A stretch of DNA of 64,000 nt, taken from positions 50,530,001 through 50,594,000 of the forward strand of contig CM060731.1 in the NCBI GenBank assembly GCA_030704615.1, read 5' to 3'. The stretch is from Takakia lepidozioides (lineage: Eukaryota; Plantae; Bryophyta). The notes under the pieces are model-generated. The model made no database searches. It was given only the letters and a program-made list of their open reading frames with translations, and was not told where the DNA came from. The position numbers and the translations under genes are program-made. Each line of letters starts with the position of its first letter. The stretch's first letter is position 1. Below are positions 50,501-64,000 of the stretch, piece by piece.

Positions 50501-50559
50501 TTTGTGGTGAACGAAATCTTCTCTCCCTCTACCCACGATGAGAACGTAAGACATATGAT

Positions 50560-52000
50560 TGAGGACAACATTGAGAACTATGAGGCAACAGCCCTACACT
50601 TGGCATGAACAAACATTGCCAATGTGTTAAGCTCATTTGGGAGTCGAGCAGGATCGATCGAAACAAGTCGATGTCTCGTCGGATGCAATTCGGGAGTAAA
50701 GATTACATGGAGTCTAAAACATGGACACCGCTGCAGTTGGCTGCCATCACTGGATATCTGGACATATTGAATATGCTACTCAAGGTATGTGGTATCATAC
50801 TCGCAAAGGTGATTCCGATATAACAGGTCAAATTGTAATTATACCCATGAACTTATTTTCATATATGGGTACTAAGTTAAGGTTGGATTCAATTCTTTAG
50901 ATTTGGGGGGTCAACGGATAAGCTCGGTCACTTCTTTCTCATATTGATGTTGAGCATGTTCACATGAAACAAAGTCTTTATCTTTGAAAAATGTTGGTTT
51001 GACAGGATGTACATGCACTTGATAAGGGTCGAAGGGGTCAAAGGTTGGAGAAAGATTCAACTCCACATGTTCTTGCATTGCATCTACTTGCTGCAAGAGG
51101 AAACGCCGAAGGCGTATGACTATTGTTGGAGACAGGCAAATTTGATCCATCAGAGGACGATGAAGAAGGTCACACTGCCCTCCATTTTGCAGCAGATGTT
51201 TTTTCGATGAATACAGATTTGCGTTGCATCTATGATTTCTCAAGTTTTTTGGAATTTCGAAAAACACGCAAAACAAGATATTTATGTCATACACAAAAGC
51301 CCGGAGTTGACGGTGATGAGGATTATTGTGGGAAGAAAGGATGCATCAACTTATTGTTGCAAGTAGGTCTCGACATCTCAAAACTCGACAAGGCTAATTT
51401 AACTCCGGATCCTGGAGCCTCAACTTTGGGGAAAGACCGTGCATGGTGGTATGAGAAGGTGACTACTGTAACTGTGGATATTAAGAATAATCTCAATTCT
51501 GCTGCAAATGCCATTTCAGTGACTGTAGCATTAGTGGCGACGGCGTCTTATGTGGGCCCATTGAGACCACCTCTTGGCTATGCTACCTATGGCGATACGT
51601 GTCTTTGGACTACCAAAACATCCTAGTGAAAATCTTCATATTTTGTGATAGTCTATCATTTTATTCTGTCGTGGCATGCATCGTGTTGGTTATGATTCCG
51701 TCACTTCCACTCCAATTCGAGGCCTTGCAGGATGAGTTGAACAAGACTCGAAGAATTGTAAGTTGCGCAGTATGTGTACTTTTAGTTTCTATCGTGTGTA
51801 TTTTAGTCGCTTTTGCAGCATCCACCATTGCAGTTTTGCCGGCAACATGGAATCATAGAGTTTTAACATACTCCGCGGTTGCGATTGGAGGAGTCTTGTG
51901 TTTTGGGGTTTTGATCGCATTCATCATCCGATTTATCAGACTAATATTGTATGCATCTCATGCATCTCAGTGGGTAAGAGACACGTATAGGACGGGCTGC
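50560..52000 (+). pseudogene. Ankyrin-repeat + PGG transmembrane domain (ACD6-like) gene, disrupted
   Basis: ATALHLA, WTPLQLAAITGYLDILNMLL, GHTALHFAAD, ANAISVTVALVATASYVGPLRPPLGY, FIFCDSLSFY and further TM helices. TGA at ~51117 and frameshifts at ~50605 and ~51600. Confidence 0.85.
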
Positions 52001-52948
52001 CTAGCCCATCCCAGTGGTAGGATATGGTCAAGTGGTATGAAATGGCGTAGGATATCGGTGCTTTGCTTTAACACACCAAAGTTATGTTGGGTAAGGTCCT
52101 TCAAAAACGTTATTGCACCGACATCCATTCACCCTTCTTTGGGCTTTGCCGACGTTTTGAAAATCTTTGGACATGAAACGGTTTTTATATTTAAATCTTT
52201 CTACTCAGATGTAAATTACAAGCGAGGCACTCTAATCTAAATGCATTTGTTTCAGAAAAATCTCTTTCATAGGTCCAAGTAAGGCTTAGTATTAAAACCC
52301 TTATGACTTTTCAATGACTATTTGATTTTATGAAGTCAAGATTCAGTTGTTTATAATATGAATTGTGGTGCAGCAAGCTTGTCCTGAAATCATATCATCT
52401 TCAAACTTGAGCCTGATCCCGATTGGTTAATGTGTTGAGCTATACCTGCCATGTTGGATATCAAGTCCACTGAACATCCTATCAGAATCCTTACCCTCAA
52501 TATAAGCACTCCAACATTTTCAGGGGGCTCATATCATTTCTGGTTGCCCAGCCTCCATGTTGTTGTCTCTGTTCTCCCTGCGTTCGGAAACCTGTAACCC
52601 TGGACTGATCTCCTGTACTCTGGCTTTCCGCTGCAAAAAACACCCATCCTTCTGGCTTGCACCAGACAGTTACCCTGTACAAACCACTTTATCTTTTTGC
52701 AGCACAGAAAAATCAAATGGGCTGTAGATGCATACTGCTTATCATGAAGGAATGTTTTTGCATAGGCTGCAATGAACCCATATTGTTGAAGGTGGCCTGT
52801 CTCTCTATTGCCGGTCTAAAACTAGGGCCGACAAAACCAAACCTGAAGTGACAATTCTCTCTAGATTGGATTGGGAGTAAGTGTATGTACAACACATGCC
52901 AACCAATCAAAGGACCACCTGAGGATTCTTGATCAAAAGGCATTTTCA

Positions 52949-55900
52949 TTAACTATCCGGAGTCGGCCAGGTTATGCCACTGGCAAGATACTCTTCTTCT
53001 TCAGGGGAATTCTTGCGGCCCAATACTACATTCCTGATTGGATACCTTCCAAACTTCTTAAGAATCCCTCTATGAGCTCTCTGCACATGAAACCAGTGGT
53101 CTTTTTCAGTTTCATGCATGGAACTTTGGTTCAGCGAAATCATGCTCTGACAGTAACTCAATGTCAACAATCTGACATACTAACATTATGTGAGCTACTC
53201 TTGTTGCATAATTGCGCTGGATTTTATTTGGGGAATACCCCAAAGGCCATTGCACTTCTGGCATGTTATTTGAGTAGCATTGACCTGTGCCTCCATGGGA
53301 CAAAGCATGGACAACTTTGGAAACCCATGCCCTCTGTGAGACCCAAATTACCAAAAGGGAACAGGGTGACAAAAGCTCCTCAAAGCTGATATAACTAAAC
53401 AACAAGACAGCTACATTAATGATAGAAGTGCAGCTGTGAATGAACCTACAAGACAAACTAAACAGTTCTTGTCCATATAAAAGGAGCTTAGGATTTGTGT
53501 TGTGCCTGTGAAGAATGTTGATAGAATCTGAAGCTCCAAGAGAGCATTTTCAGAAGCAGGTTGATCATGACATGAATTTATGAAGCAGGACATCTTAAGC
53601 TTACCTCAAATTGCAACGTGTTCTTCAAGGCCCTGTGCAACTCGGGATTATCCTGATGGTTGCTAGCATTGGCTTCATAGAGACGGTCGGCTTCTTCATG
53701 GACCTCCAAACTCTCTGAGTGCATGAGTGGCATGTACAGAAAATTCCTCTCGAATGGACCAAGCTCCTTGTCCCAACCCTGTTGTCATTCCCATCAACTT
53801 CTTCAATTCTACCCACCACAGGTGCTCTTTAAGCTCAAGGAACTGATAGGAAACAACTACTACAACTCAAATGACGAACCAAATTGTATCTGACTTTTGT
53901 AGATTATCCGCATCTGGCACTGAGACTTATACAAAACTGGGTGTCTCTTGTCCCCGCCCGCTCAACACAAGTGGATGATGAGGACAGCCTACTTAGCTCA
54001 TCTCTCATCTCTGGCAATTTATACCTGCTTTATTGTATCGAGGGTGAGATTCTGAGCAACCTGGTCCTGAGCAAATGCACGGGGAGTATTTCGAAAAACC
54101 ATACGTGAAAACTGGTCCAGAACAATCACTAGGGCCACCCGGCCTTGAGGGGTTGACTGCCAGCTGTCCAGTTTCCCACTGCAAGCCAGCTCTAAACAGT
54201 CGCCAAATTTTTCCGTGACCTGTGCCCAACAGAGACTTCATTATTTCAAAGCAATTTGATCCACAGCAGCAAGGGTGAAAGGGTAGCCACTTATCAGGAC
54301 TAAATTCTAGCGTTGGAACCTAACGATTTCTATTGGTGCTTCTACTGGAGTATATTTCAAAAGCCTACAACGCCCCCATTAGTTCTTCTGAGATTGTGGA
54401 AGCAATTGAACATCTAAATGGATATAAAGCAGGTGGTCCTGATGGCATAGTCAACGAACTTATCAAGCACGGCGGCGATCCCATGATAGAGCCCTAGTTC
54501 TCCTCTTTAACCTTATCTGGAAGACTGAAATGATCCCCTATTGCTGGCGACAGGGGGTCATTGTCATTCTATATAAGAAGGGTGACAGAGAAGACCCGGG
54601 GAACTATCGTGGCATCACGCTCCTCAATGCTGTTGGCAAGATATTTTGCAGAGTTATAAGTACTCGTCTCGAGGTTGACCTGGAATCTAGAGGTTGTTTT
54701 CACGAAGGCCAAGCTGGCTTTTGGCGAAACAGGGGCTGTGTGGACCATATCTTCACTCTAAGCCAGATTTTCCAGGGAAGGGAAAAAGAAGGGAAACCCG
54801 CTTATGTTTTTTCTTGGATGTCAAAAAGGCTTATGACACAGTTTGGAGAGATGGTCTATGGCTCCGCCTCTGGTCTTGCGGAATCAAGGGAAAAATGTGG
54901 AGAGTTGTCCATAACTTGTATGCCCACACCAAAAGCTGTGTCACTGTTAATGGACAGAAGTCTAACTTCTTTGACATAGACCAAGGTGTAGCTCAAGGAT
55001 GTACCCTCTCCCCTCTGCTCTTCAATGTTTTCATCAATCAACTCCTCGAGGATGTGGAGCGTGAGGGATTTGGGTTAAGGGTGGGTGATGCCACCATTCC
55101 AGCCCTTATGTTTGCGGATGACTTCGCAGGCATAGGGGAGACTTCTTCCAACCTCCAGGAATTGATTGATTGCGCGAAGGGATACTTTGATCTTTGGGGG
55201 CTAGAGGCTAATGTCAGTAAATGTGCAGTGGTGGCATTCTACGACGGAGGAGAGGGAGGAAGTGATCTTAAGTGGCAGTGGGGTAGCCAAGAGATCCCAG
55301 TCCTCCCTTCCTACACATACCTGGGCATTGAGTTTTCCTCCAACTGTAACTGGGATGCACACATCCAGAAAGTTGTTCAAACTGGCAAGGGCAAAGCGCC
55401 GAGTCTCACTAAATTTTTTCACTGCAGAGGGATTAACTCTGAGGTCAAGTAAACCTTGATTTGCCGCGTTATTAGACCTGCCTTGGTGTACGGATCTGCT
55501 ATATGGGTTGATAACTCCAACCAGGCTAAGTCTCTAGAATCCATTCAAGTGGGCGTGCTTAAGGAGTGCATGTCAGCATGATCCAAAACAGCCAATGTGG
55601 CTGTTCGGGGTGAGTTTGGCATCCCTTCCTTAAGCTCTCGACGAGATGAATTCAAGGTCAGATGGTGGGGTCAGTTGCAACATGTCCAACACCAGATACC
55701 CTAAGTTAATCGACACTATATCTTGGAAACAGGACCGCCCTGTCAAACAGGCTAAGTCCTGGCAGAAGAGAGTAGAAGAGATTCTCAAGGATCTGAATCT
55801 GGACCCGCAAGTCTTGACCTTGCTGGATAAATCTGACTAAGAGACTGTAGTGTCCAAAGCCATGTCTGTTACCAGCAAATTGTCTGATGCAAATGAAGTT

Positions 55901-58364
55901 AGGCAGAAAACTTCCCTGCACCTGTTTCCATCTGTGACATTGGGGAGGATATCATGGATGACCTCAAGGGTCTACCCACTCTCGGCACCAGACTGAAATT
56001 TAAACTCAGGGCAGGCAGCCTACCTTTGAACAGTAAACAGAAGCAGAGAGGAAAGGGAGAGTGCAATTGCCCGTTGTGTGGGCAACCAGAAGACAATATT
56101 CATTTTCTGATTCACTGTCCGGGGTACTCTCACCAGAGAGAAGCTCTCCTCCAATCTATCGAGAGAATTGTGCCTGTACCTCTGTTTACCAACTTTGAAG
56201 GTCTCGAGGCTGAGCCAAAAGCCCAGGCCCTTCTGAGGCCTAGTTTTTGGGCAAATCACACACAGCAGATTGATGCTTATGTGAAGGGATTTCTAGAGGA
56301 TATCTGGAAAACCCGAATTAATTATATTTATAAAGGTAAGTCTTACTACCAATGTCAGCCCCTGACAGAGGTAGGTTCTGTCCCTTTGGTTTCCGCTCAC
56401 GGGGTCAATGGCCACAAGGCTACGGCAAACAACGTCTTATGAGTACATTCTATTGGTGCTTCACACCAAGGGCTTGCTTGTACAATACCATGATCTTACA
56501 TCCACTCCCATACTAAGGTTGATTCCCTTGAGTCTGCCTACAGCTCTCCTACAATACCTGGCCACATACTACCAGGTGCTATATTCACACTAGTGACATG
56601 GCCTTTGACTTCTCCAGAGAAGGACTGGCCGTCTTTCACATGCCTCGAGGTGGTCCTGATAAACAGATATACTTCTCAACCATTCCCTGAGAGTGATTGA
56701 TCCAAACTTTTAGGGTCTAGTGGCTGCAGGATACTGAAGGTCTTGGAACGAGCTGTGGAGTTAAAACCTACTAGGTAAAAAATAAGAGTCGCCCTGAAAT
56801 TGCCATAGCACTCACACAAAATTCACCATAAACCAGTTGCAGGGATCCACCAAGGAGCCAGAGGAGGGCCCTGGGTGAAGGTAAAACTAAGATAAGAAAG
56901 GAATGGAGAGAGGGGAACATTCGCTGGTTCAAGGGCAATTAGACAAAATGCAGAGATGAATGTGCTAGGGCTCACACCTCCTTGACAATAGCTTCCCCGC
57001 CTATAAACCAAAACTCTGTTGGATAAATATTGTTGGTGATATCCAAGTCTTTGAACCTGCCACATGAGGCAACACCACCACCAACCTTGAGAAAAATGTG
57101 TGCACTGCACGGCACCCTTCTTTCTTCTTACCTTCAAGGTGCCTCTCTCTAATTTTCAAATCCACACAGACATGGCACTGACACTCAGATGTTAGAGTTA
57201 AGCATTTTCTGAGCTGTTGACAACTTGATCAATTTGATCACTGGAAGTGAAAGTATGGTCACACTGCTGGAAGAAACGGAAAAACCTACTGCTCTATCCG
57301 TCACCCACCTACCTTACTGGAACTCCATAAAGCAGGACACTGCAATATACTTATAACTTGGAATATGAGCCTCATCCATGCACACTACGGAAAGTTGTTT
57401 TGGACTTGAAAAACTTGGCTTTGGCAGGAGAGAGCCTATGGGATGGAATATTCTGAAAGATACAAGATCATATGACAGTCACTTCGCTTTGACGATTTTG
57501 ACCCATTGTGTATAGCTGACAGCTATATTTCAGGGCATTCAGTCATATGTTGCATCTGGAGGAGTAGAAACAATTCTCAGGAAAGTGGGCAATTCAGTAA
57601 CCAGACTGAAAAGAGCACCTGAAGGAGAACTTAAGAGAGGGTTCGCACAAGAATGAGAGTGTATCAGGAGGAAAAGGAAAGAGAGACCCAACACTCCGTG
57701 TGTGACCACTGTTGTAACCAGAGCTCACCCAAATTTCGATTAACTGCGGTTGAGGTGATGTAGACATGTTTCTTATCTCGGTGGTGAAGCTTCAAGTGAA
57801 TTTTGGAAGTGAGAAAGCCAAGAATGTGGTCTGATTGCAGCTCCACTGTTGAAGTACCAGAAATTAGAGATCGGGTACCACCGGAAATTGAACACAAATT
57901 GCGTACATGATCCAAAGAGTGGCACTTTCATTTCTTCACAAGATTCGACATTTGAGATGGAGTGTAGCCCACCGGAATAGCAGAACTGAGCGAAGAATAA
58001 GTGTAGATGAAGCAAAAGAAGAATAAAGTTACCAGTACTGGAGCACATCCTCAGGCGCGACATTCACCGCACTCACATCGCTTGCTGATCCTTCAATCCC
58101 TGCCATCGCCATCCTTCTCACAAAAGCCAAGCTGGAATACCTATCGGTTGTCTGTAATTGCTTCGAAGATCCGTCACTAACGCAATTCAGAGCATTGGAC
58201 CTAGAAACTGGTGATACCAAGGGGCCTCTAAGCCTCAAAACATCACACGGATTTTGGCAGTGGGTTACAGGAGAGAAGGAGGGAAGACGAAGAAGAAGCA
58301 GAGGGCGGCCCAGTAAACGTGTGGCAAGGGCCCGGTGTGTATATGCAGCAGCTACGATCGCCAT
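52949..58364 (-). CDS. DUF924 family protein with N-terminal organellar transit peptide, 5 exons
   Basis: Exons 58364-58033, 57056-56978, 54219-54025, 53778-53605 and 53080-52949 splice in frame with GT-AG. Product: PEDVLQYWF..FWFIGG..DSWQSTPQGRVALVIVLDQFSRMVFRNTPRAFAQD..FLYMPLMHSESLEVH..HRGILKKFGRYPIRNVVLGRKNSPEEEEYL. Confidence 0.92.
54370..56442 (+). mobile_element. 5'-truncated non-L1 LINE (RTEX/L2-like ORF2) in DUF924 intron 2
   Basis: KAGGPDGI, LYKKGDREDPGNYRGITLL, FLDVKKAYDTVWRDGL, QGCTLSPLLF, LMFADD, and C-terminal CPLCGQPEDNIHFLIHC. Frameshifts and stops. Confidence 0.88.
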
Positions 58365-58589
58365 CGCTGCTACTCAAACCTTCCAGTAATGTCTCCTCTC
58401 TCCACGGTTATGGGGGTGATATGTATGCAAGCGAAAATACATATAACAGACGGACATAGGGTCTTTTGCGTTAATAGGGTCTACATTGTGTGTGAAATAT
58501 AATTTCAAACATATAGAAGGAGCTTGAAAGGGAGTCGAAAACCTGAAAGAATACCCCTGTTGACCCAAAAAAAAAAAAAGAGAAATAAG

Positions 58590-58682
58590 AAAACCCAATT
58601 TCAGTGACAAAACCAAAGTTTCGCTAACGAAAACCCAAGTTTTGTGAGCAAAAATCCAAGTTTCATTGGCAAAACCCATTTT
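58590..58682 (+). repeat. Short ~21-bp tandem repeat (AAAACCCAAGTTT..)
   Basis: Four to five degenerate units upstream of the DUF924 start. Confidence 0.5.
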
Positions 58683-59205
58683 TTGGGTGGGTATTGGGGA
58701 TGTTTTACACACAATATTTTACCAAATGTCACATTGTTTACGTTCGCTGACCTTTGAGTTCGGGCAGATATATTTTCGAGTGTTTGTGCTAACGTGTGAG
58801 TTAAGCATTGGACAATTATTTTCGTAAGTTTCGTCGAAATAGCAAAAGTACCCTCCCATGAGATTTTCAAAGACGGAATGTAAAGTGGAATTGTGGTCCT
58901 GCCAGCCCTGTTTGTTTATGTGCACTGTGGACAATTAGTTTCATAAGTTTTGTCACGTGAGCACCGTTTCCAGATAGTTTCGTATTCTTTTCTGCGTGAG
59001 CACATTTTGGTCTCGCTATCGCATATTCTTCGGATTCTTAAGGAATATGAAGAATATGCCTTTGTGCTCGCTACCCAACCTCGTCGACATTAGATTGTGG
59101 ATGTATTGCAGCTGGAGAGCTAGAGATCCGATCCCGCATGAGCTCAACCTCGGACACTGCTGATCAGTATTCATGAGCTCAACCTCAGATCAGTATTCAG
59201 TCTGC

Positions 59206-61087
59206 TCAGCAGGTGACAGTCTTAATTGTCTGCAGATGGCTGCCCACGCATTTGAGGCAGACAAAGAGGCCCCAAGGATCGACGCGCAGCTTGGTGCTCA
59301 CCAATCTCGCATAGTTCCTCGTCCCCCAGAATGAATCTTCCCACTGTGGCTCATCGATGCTGGCTTCGTTGAGGTAGGCACCGCTGTGGGGGTAAGCCCT
59401 TTGGAGTTCTGTTACAAATGCGAGGGAGGCATGGCGGGCCATGGCTTGATCGCGCTCCGTTGCATTCCAAGTCCAGGGAGAAACCGTGAGCAAGTGCCAG
59501 ATTCCTTGTCGCCAAGCAGGGGTGACAGCAGTCAGCAATTCAGCATCGCCTCCCCGAACGCCAGGCCCGATCACCATGTGGCCCACCAGCGAACTTCCAC
59601 CAGCTGCGGCCATGGCCGCAAGCAGGTTTCGTGCAAGAGTGCTTGGATTCCCGAGCGCAGAGAAAGGAATGATGCGTGATGCGAGTAGCTTGTGGCCTCC
59701 ACTCGGATCTGTCCCTGTCTTGTAAGCTGCGTATAGAGCATCGTGCCAGTCCTGGAATGTGGTGAAGCTCGTTATGTCCACAGAAGCCTCCACGCCATTG
59801 ATCTGCGACATAGCTTTCATGATTGGCGCAATGGTGTCATTGGCAGCTATCGCAGTGGCAGGCGCCAGAAAGTATCCTGTGAAGCTTTGGCTGCCGAAGT
59901 ACCAGTATCCTCCCCATTTTGCAGCGTCCAGGGCAATTGTGCTGCTTGACCACTCTGTCAAGATGGCCTCTTGCGTTTCAGGGAGCCAAGAATTCCCGTT
60001 CAAGGGATGCAAAGCCATTGTTGTTCCAACGAGATTGCTCGGGTTCTTGTGAAGTTTGAAAGTAACGGAGGTGACGATGCCGAAGGTTCCCCCGCCACCG
60101 CCTCGAAGAGCAAAGAAAAGCTCCGAGTTGTTGCATGCGTTCACAGTGTGTAGCTTCCCATCTGCGGTGACAAGTTCGAATTGCAACACATTGTCGACGG
60201 CGAGGCCGAATGAAGGGCTGAGCACGCCATGGCCGCCGCCTTGGACGTACCCACCGCTAGCGCAGATCGTCAGCCCCATGCCGCCCATAACAATGTACCC
60301 TGTATCCCTGAGCGCAGTGTAGACTTCACCCCATGCAACCCCGCCAAGGACAGTGACTGCAGGCACGGCATTCCCACAAGCCCCGATTGCTGTGAATGAG
60401 TCGTGGATGCTTATGTTCTTCAGCTTGTGCATCCAGATGAGAAATGACCCTGGTGCTGCACTTCGGCCCAAGTAATCGTGCCCGCTGCACTTGATTACCA
60501 CTCGCAGGTTGTGCTCGGTGGCGAATCTGACTGCCTTTCGAATGTCGTCAACTTCTGCGACTCTAATGCCCAGGACTGATACTCGACCCTGATGGCAAGG
60601 AGTTCTCCTGGGTGCCTCAGATGGGCACCTCTCCCCGCAGCCTTCGTCTTCCCAGTTATCATTCTGCATGCTCCCGGGGTTTCCTGCTCGCAGGTATGCA
60701 TCGATGGAGTTTTCCAGAATGAATCCGCACTTTGTAGCATTGAAGTGCGGGTCATGGCAAGGGTACCCTGAGAATCAAGAACAGAGAAAAAGTTGATTTC
60801 TGTAGTTGAAGTCATCACACATGTGCAACACGTCATGTAATGTTGAAGATCCGCAGGACAATTTATGTGGTTGTTACTTTACCAGTGGGTTTCGGAGCAA
60901 ACAATCGGCCCCCAACGCTGAGATTGAACGTGTCCCATCTCTCCGGCTTTGGCCAGCAATTATCTGAAGCCACACACCGACAATCGTCTCGACCTTTGTT
61001 GCTGGTGATGGAGTACACATTCGCCGATAGAACTAAGATTGAAATCACGAATGGCATGATGACTCTTAATCGCTCTAGGAACAGCAT
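59206..61087 (-). CDS. Secreted FAD-linked oxidoreductase (FAD_binding_4 + BBE domain), fungal-type
   Basis: Exon 1 61087 (or 61057)-60883 has a signal peptide and CRCVASDNCWP. Intron 60882-60768. Exon 2 60767-59206: IKCSGHDYLGRS, GGYVQGGGHG, ELFFALRGGGGGTFGIV, AYLNEA..FWG..NY.RL..K..DP.GLF.C..CVGS. Frame intact. Confidence 0.92.
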
Positions 61088-62679
61088 GCTGTCTTGTAAA
61101 GACTTGAATGCAACTGCAGCAAGAGATCTGAGTCTGCCGTCCGTCGTTTGCAGTCCTGAATAAATAGGGAACTCGCAAATCTGGGTCACTCTGAGGAGAA
61201 TTAATTGCCTGCAGGTTAGTGCGAGATAACAATGTATCTATACCTTTATTGTCAACAGATAGCAGCTACAATCGCTTAGTGTAATTCGAAGAATGTCGAT
61301 GGAGAAGGTCCAGCTCCGGGGAGGAGATGAGAGATTCTGGACAAAAACTGACCATTGTCCATACAAGAGCAGGAACTGCTATTCTAGCTCGTATGGATTA
61401 GCACGAGTGAGACACAAGAGTTCAGAGCTGTGAAGTTGATAACCGGTCCCTGTCATTTCTGGAGATCGTTGTTGCGTTTGATCGGGTAAACTACTGTCTG
61501 AAGATCCCAACACAGTAACGGATAGAATGTATCATGACTTGATTCATGGGTTCAAGATGATACTGAACATCAGTGTCATAGTTGCCGTGTGGTAGACTAG
61601 AACATCGACGGCCGTGGCCCACATTCTACTTTTGTGGCTGCACTATTTTTGTGGATTGAAGGCACAAAAGTTGTGTGCAGAGTGCCTTTTCTACTGGGAG
61701 AGTGGCAGTGTCGGACATAGAAGCTACGTATATAGAAGCTCTATTACAGTTCCTTATATCGACTCTTGTAATGAACCAGTTCACACAGATACTCTATTGC
61801 TCCAAATTTTGTAACCAAAAGAAAAACAAACCTTTGAAAAGAGGAAAAAGGCAAAAAGGAAAGGAGAAGCAGCTACTTAAGTTGAGGTGAAATTTTTTCA
61901 GCTATGTCCGCAGCGTACACACTGCTCCGTTTGTTTGGCGAGACAGCTTTTATTTTGTGAAACAGAATTCTTGCAAATGTATCATAAGCCCAGCCTAACA
62001 CCACTACCATCTCATGTTGCATTATAATTATGATCTGGAATTCAGTGAACCCAATAGAAGATACATACACTTGCTGTGTCTGTTGGCATTAACAGCCGCA
62101 ACTTGAGTTGAGCTCAGATGGTAGTTGCGGCCAACGTAGATGGGATCAGAATTAGATCTGTTAGGTGAGATTAGATGAAGGCATAAGGTATGCGCGTTGC
62201 CTTTTTCTGTCCCCTCTTTTTTATGAATGAAGTCACCCTTTTCATCCTAGTACTGTGCTCTTTTGCAATGGAGGTAGTTCAAGGTTAATTATTATTTTGG
62301 ATTAAGTACACTATAGGGCGTTTTTGGAATACAAGGGGCTTAATTAATGGTGGATTAGTGAAGCTAATTAAACAGCCGACTAATGATTCCCATTTCAAAT
62401 TCCTCATTTGTTTTTGAAAGTAGAGGCGGGTGTTTTGGGACAACGGCGAGTTAATACAGCAGTCAGGCATGAATGCAAATAGGATGCATGGTTCACTCTA
62501 TATACTGCTACAGTGCACACATTTTATCACACTTCAGTTTACTGCAATAGCAATTCGTGGAGCGATAGACATGGATTTCCGTCCTAGCCAGGCATTCAGA
62601 TTACTACCAGACACAGAGGAGGAACACAATGCTACCCAAGACACATTCACGGGTCCACTAGTATAGCTAGGTTTCTCAC

Positions 62680-63193
62680 CCTTCCGGAGGCTCTGCACCC
62701 ACTAGAAGACGAATGACTCAAGATGGGCAAGTGTTAATCAATTATTCCAAATCCATAATTATGACCAGCGATGACTACGTCAATTCCCTTGAGCAGAAAG
62801 CACGACTCGGTGGAAGCAATTGCAGCCAAAGAGAAGAAACAAGAGGACCAACGCATTGCACGGGAGAAGAAGGTAGCAGAAAAATTAGCCAAGCAAGAGG
62901 CGACTCGGATCAGAAAGGAAGAAGCGGCAACGAAGAAAGCATATGACGCACAATGGACAAACAAGGCATTGGGGGAGTATGGCGATCGCTTGCATGCACT
63001 GATGAAGTCGGGAGGGCCCATCAGGCACCATGCCCCGTTCTGTGGATCGATTCCGAACATATGCAGGTATAACCAAGCCATGGCAATCCGGCGACGTCGA
63101 GCAAAGAAAAATGGTGAACACACCAGCCAATTCGTCACCGTGGCTCTTAGCTGGGCACACGGGCATCAGTTATATATGGGGTCCCACATTTGA
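62680..63193 (+). pseudogene. Probable transposase C-terminal remnant (coiled-coil tail)
   Basis: VLINYSKSIIMTSDDYV..KE-rich coil..WTNKALGEYGDRLHALMKSG with a frameshift. Resembles tails of pogo/DDE_1-type elements; weak. Confidence 0.35.
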
Positions 63194-64000
63194 CACCACA
63201 TAGGGGTGTGATCAACGGAAGGCAGTGAGAGCATGCATAACTTAAGGCACCCTGAAGTCCACGAATAAGGAGGAGCAGGTCTGTGGCGGAAGTTGCCTTG
63301 GAATGGCGTGAGAATGGGAAATGAGGGAGCTCTAGAGTCTTCCAGGTGTGTCTACGGGATGGCTACTTTAAGATTCTGAGATGGCCATGTCTCAGGATTT
63401 GTAGGTCATCTCAGGGCAGATTTAGGGGTTCTACTTGATACCTATATGGTCAGATTTTGCACAAGTTGTGATCCATGCAAGGTAAGTTATGGGTCCTTCC
63501 ATAGGTAGATGCACGGATTTCCTGTTGGGAGGTAGGTACATCTGGGCCCACACATGGCCAGGTTTTGGTAATTTTTTGGGAAAGGTGTAGGTGCACACCT
63601 TGTGCACTCATGGCACCTTTAAGCGCATATCAAGGAACAATGTATGGCATTACAGGAGGGACCTACTGAGCAGAAGTGGGATAATATGTACTTTGATTTT
63701 GATAATTTGTATATAATACATTAATGATTGAAAATTTATGTGCTTTACACAACAGATTGTTGCTTCATTTGCTATTCAACTCATGTAATTTTTGTGGACA
63801 CTGCACTCTTTGAGCATTGCACACTGCTTAAAAGCACACTTCTAGATACCACTACCTTAGATAACTTTAAGAGTTGTGATTAGATGAAGGCATAAATAAC
63901 TTTAGGAGTTGCACCGTTTAAACACTATAGTTGAATCTCCGCAGTTCTTTCCACTGATTTAGGTACTGCTCGCATATATCTGTGACCCAATTTCATGTTA

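Overview
Eukaryotic, TE-dominated plant DNA, most likely a bryophyte or other non-seed land plant. The evidence is spliceosomal introns, PLS-type PPR fragments, a class II formin fragment, ankyrin-PGG and degenerate TTTAGGG repeats. Only two host genes look intact, both on the minus strand near the right end: a 5-exon DUF924 gene with a transit peptide and a LINE in intron 2, and a 2-exon fungal-type FAD/BBE-like oxidoreductase. The first ~50 kb is nested mobile DNA. The best candidate for a new system is a family of large DNA transposons, with three partial copies starting at ~2664, ~23770-39588 and ~46850. It has long AT-rich ends containing telomere-like motifs, a Sola-type DDD transposase, an intron-containing ParB/Srx-like + degenerate amino-methyltransferase gene, FCP1-like phosphatase remnants and an RNA Pol II CTD-like ORF. 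A 26-bp palindrome (GAACCTCCACTG-NN-CAGTGGAGGTTC) occurs at least 8 times in its introns and intergenic DNA, like a parS/operator site. A second 24-bp palindrome with the same AACCT/AGGTT outer arms marks a probably related element. A 10.6-kb non-autonomous CACTA element (30-bp TIRs, CCA TSD) splits one ParB gene copy. It carries a mosaic of captured fragments: OSB-type PDF-motif/PPR, ankyrin, beta-class DNA amino-MTase and LINE. All calls come from manual reading and motif recall; no searches were run and identities are by eye.
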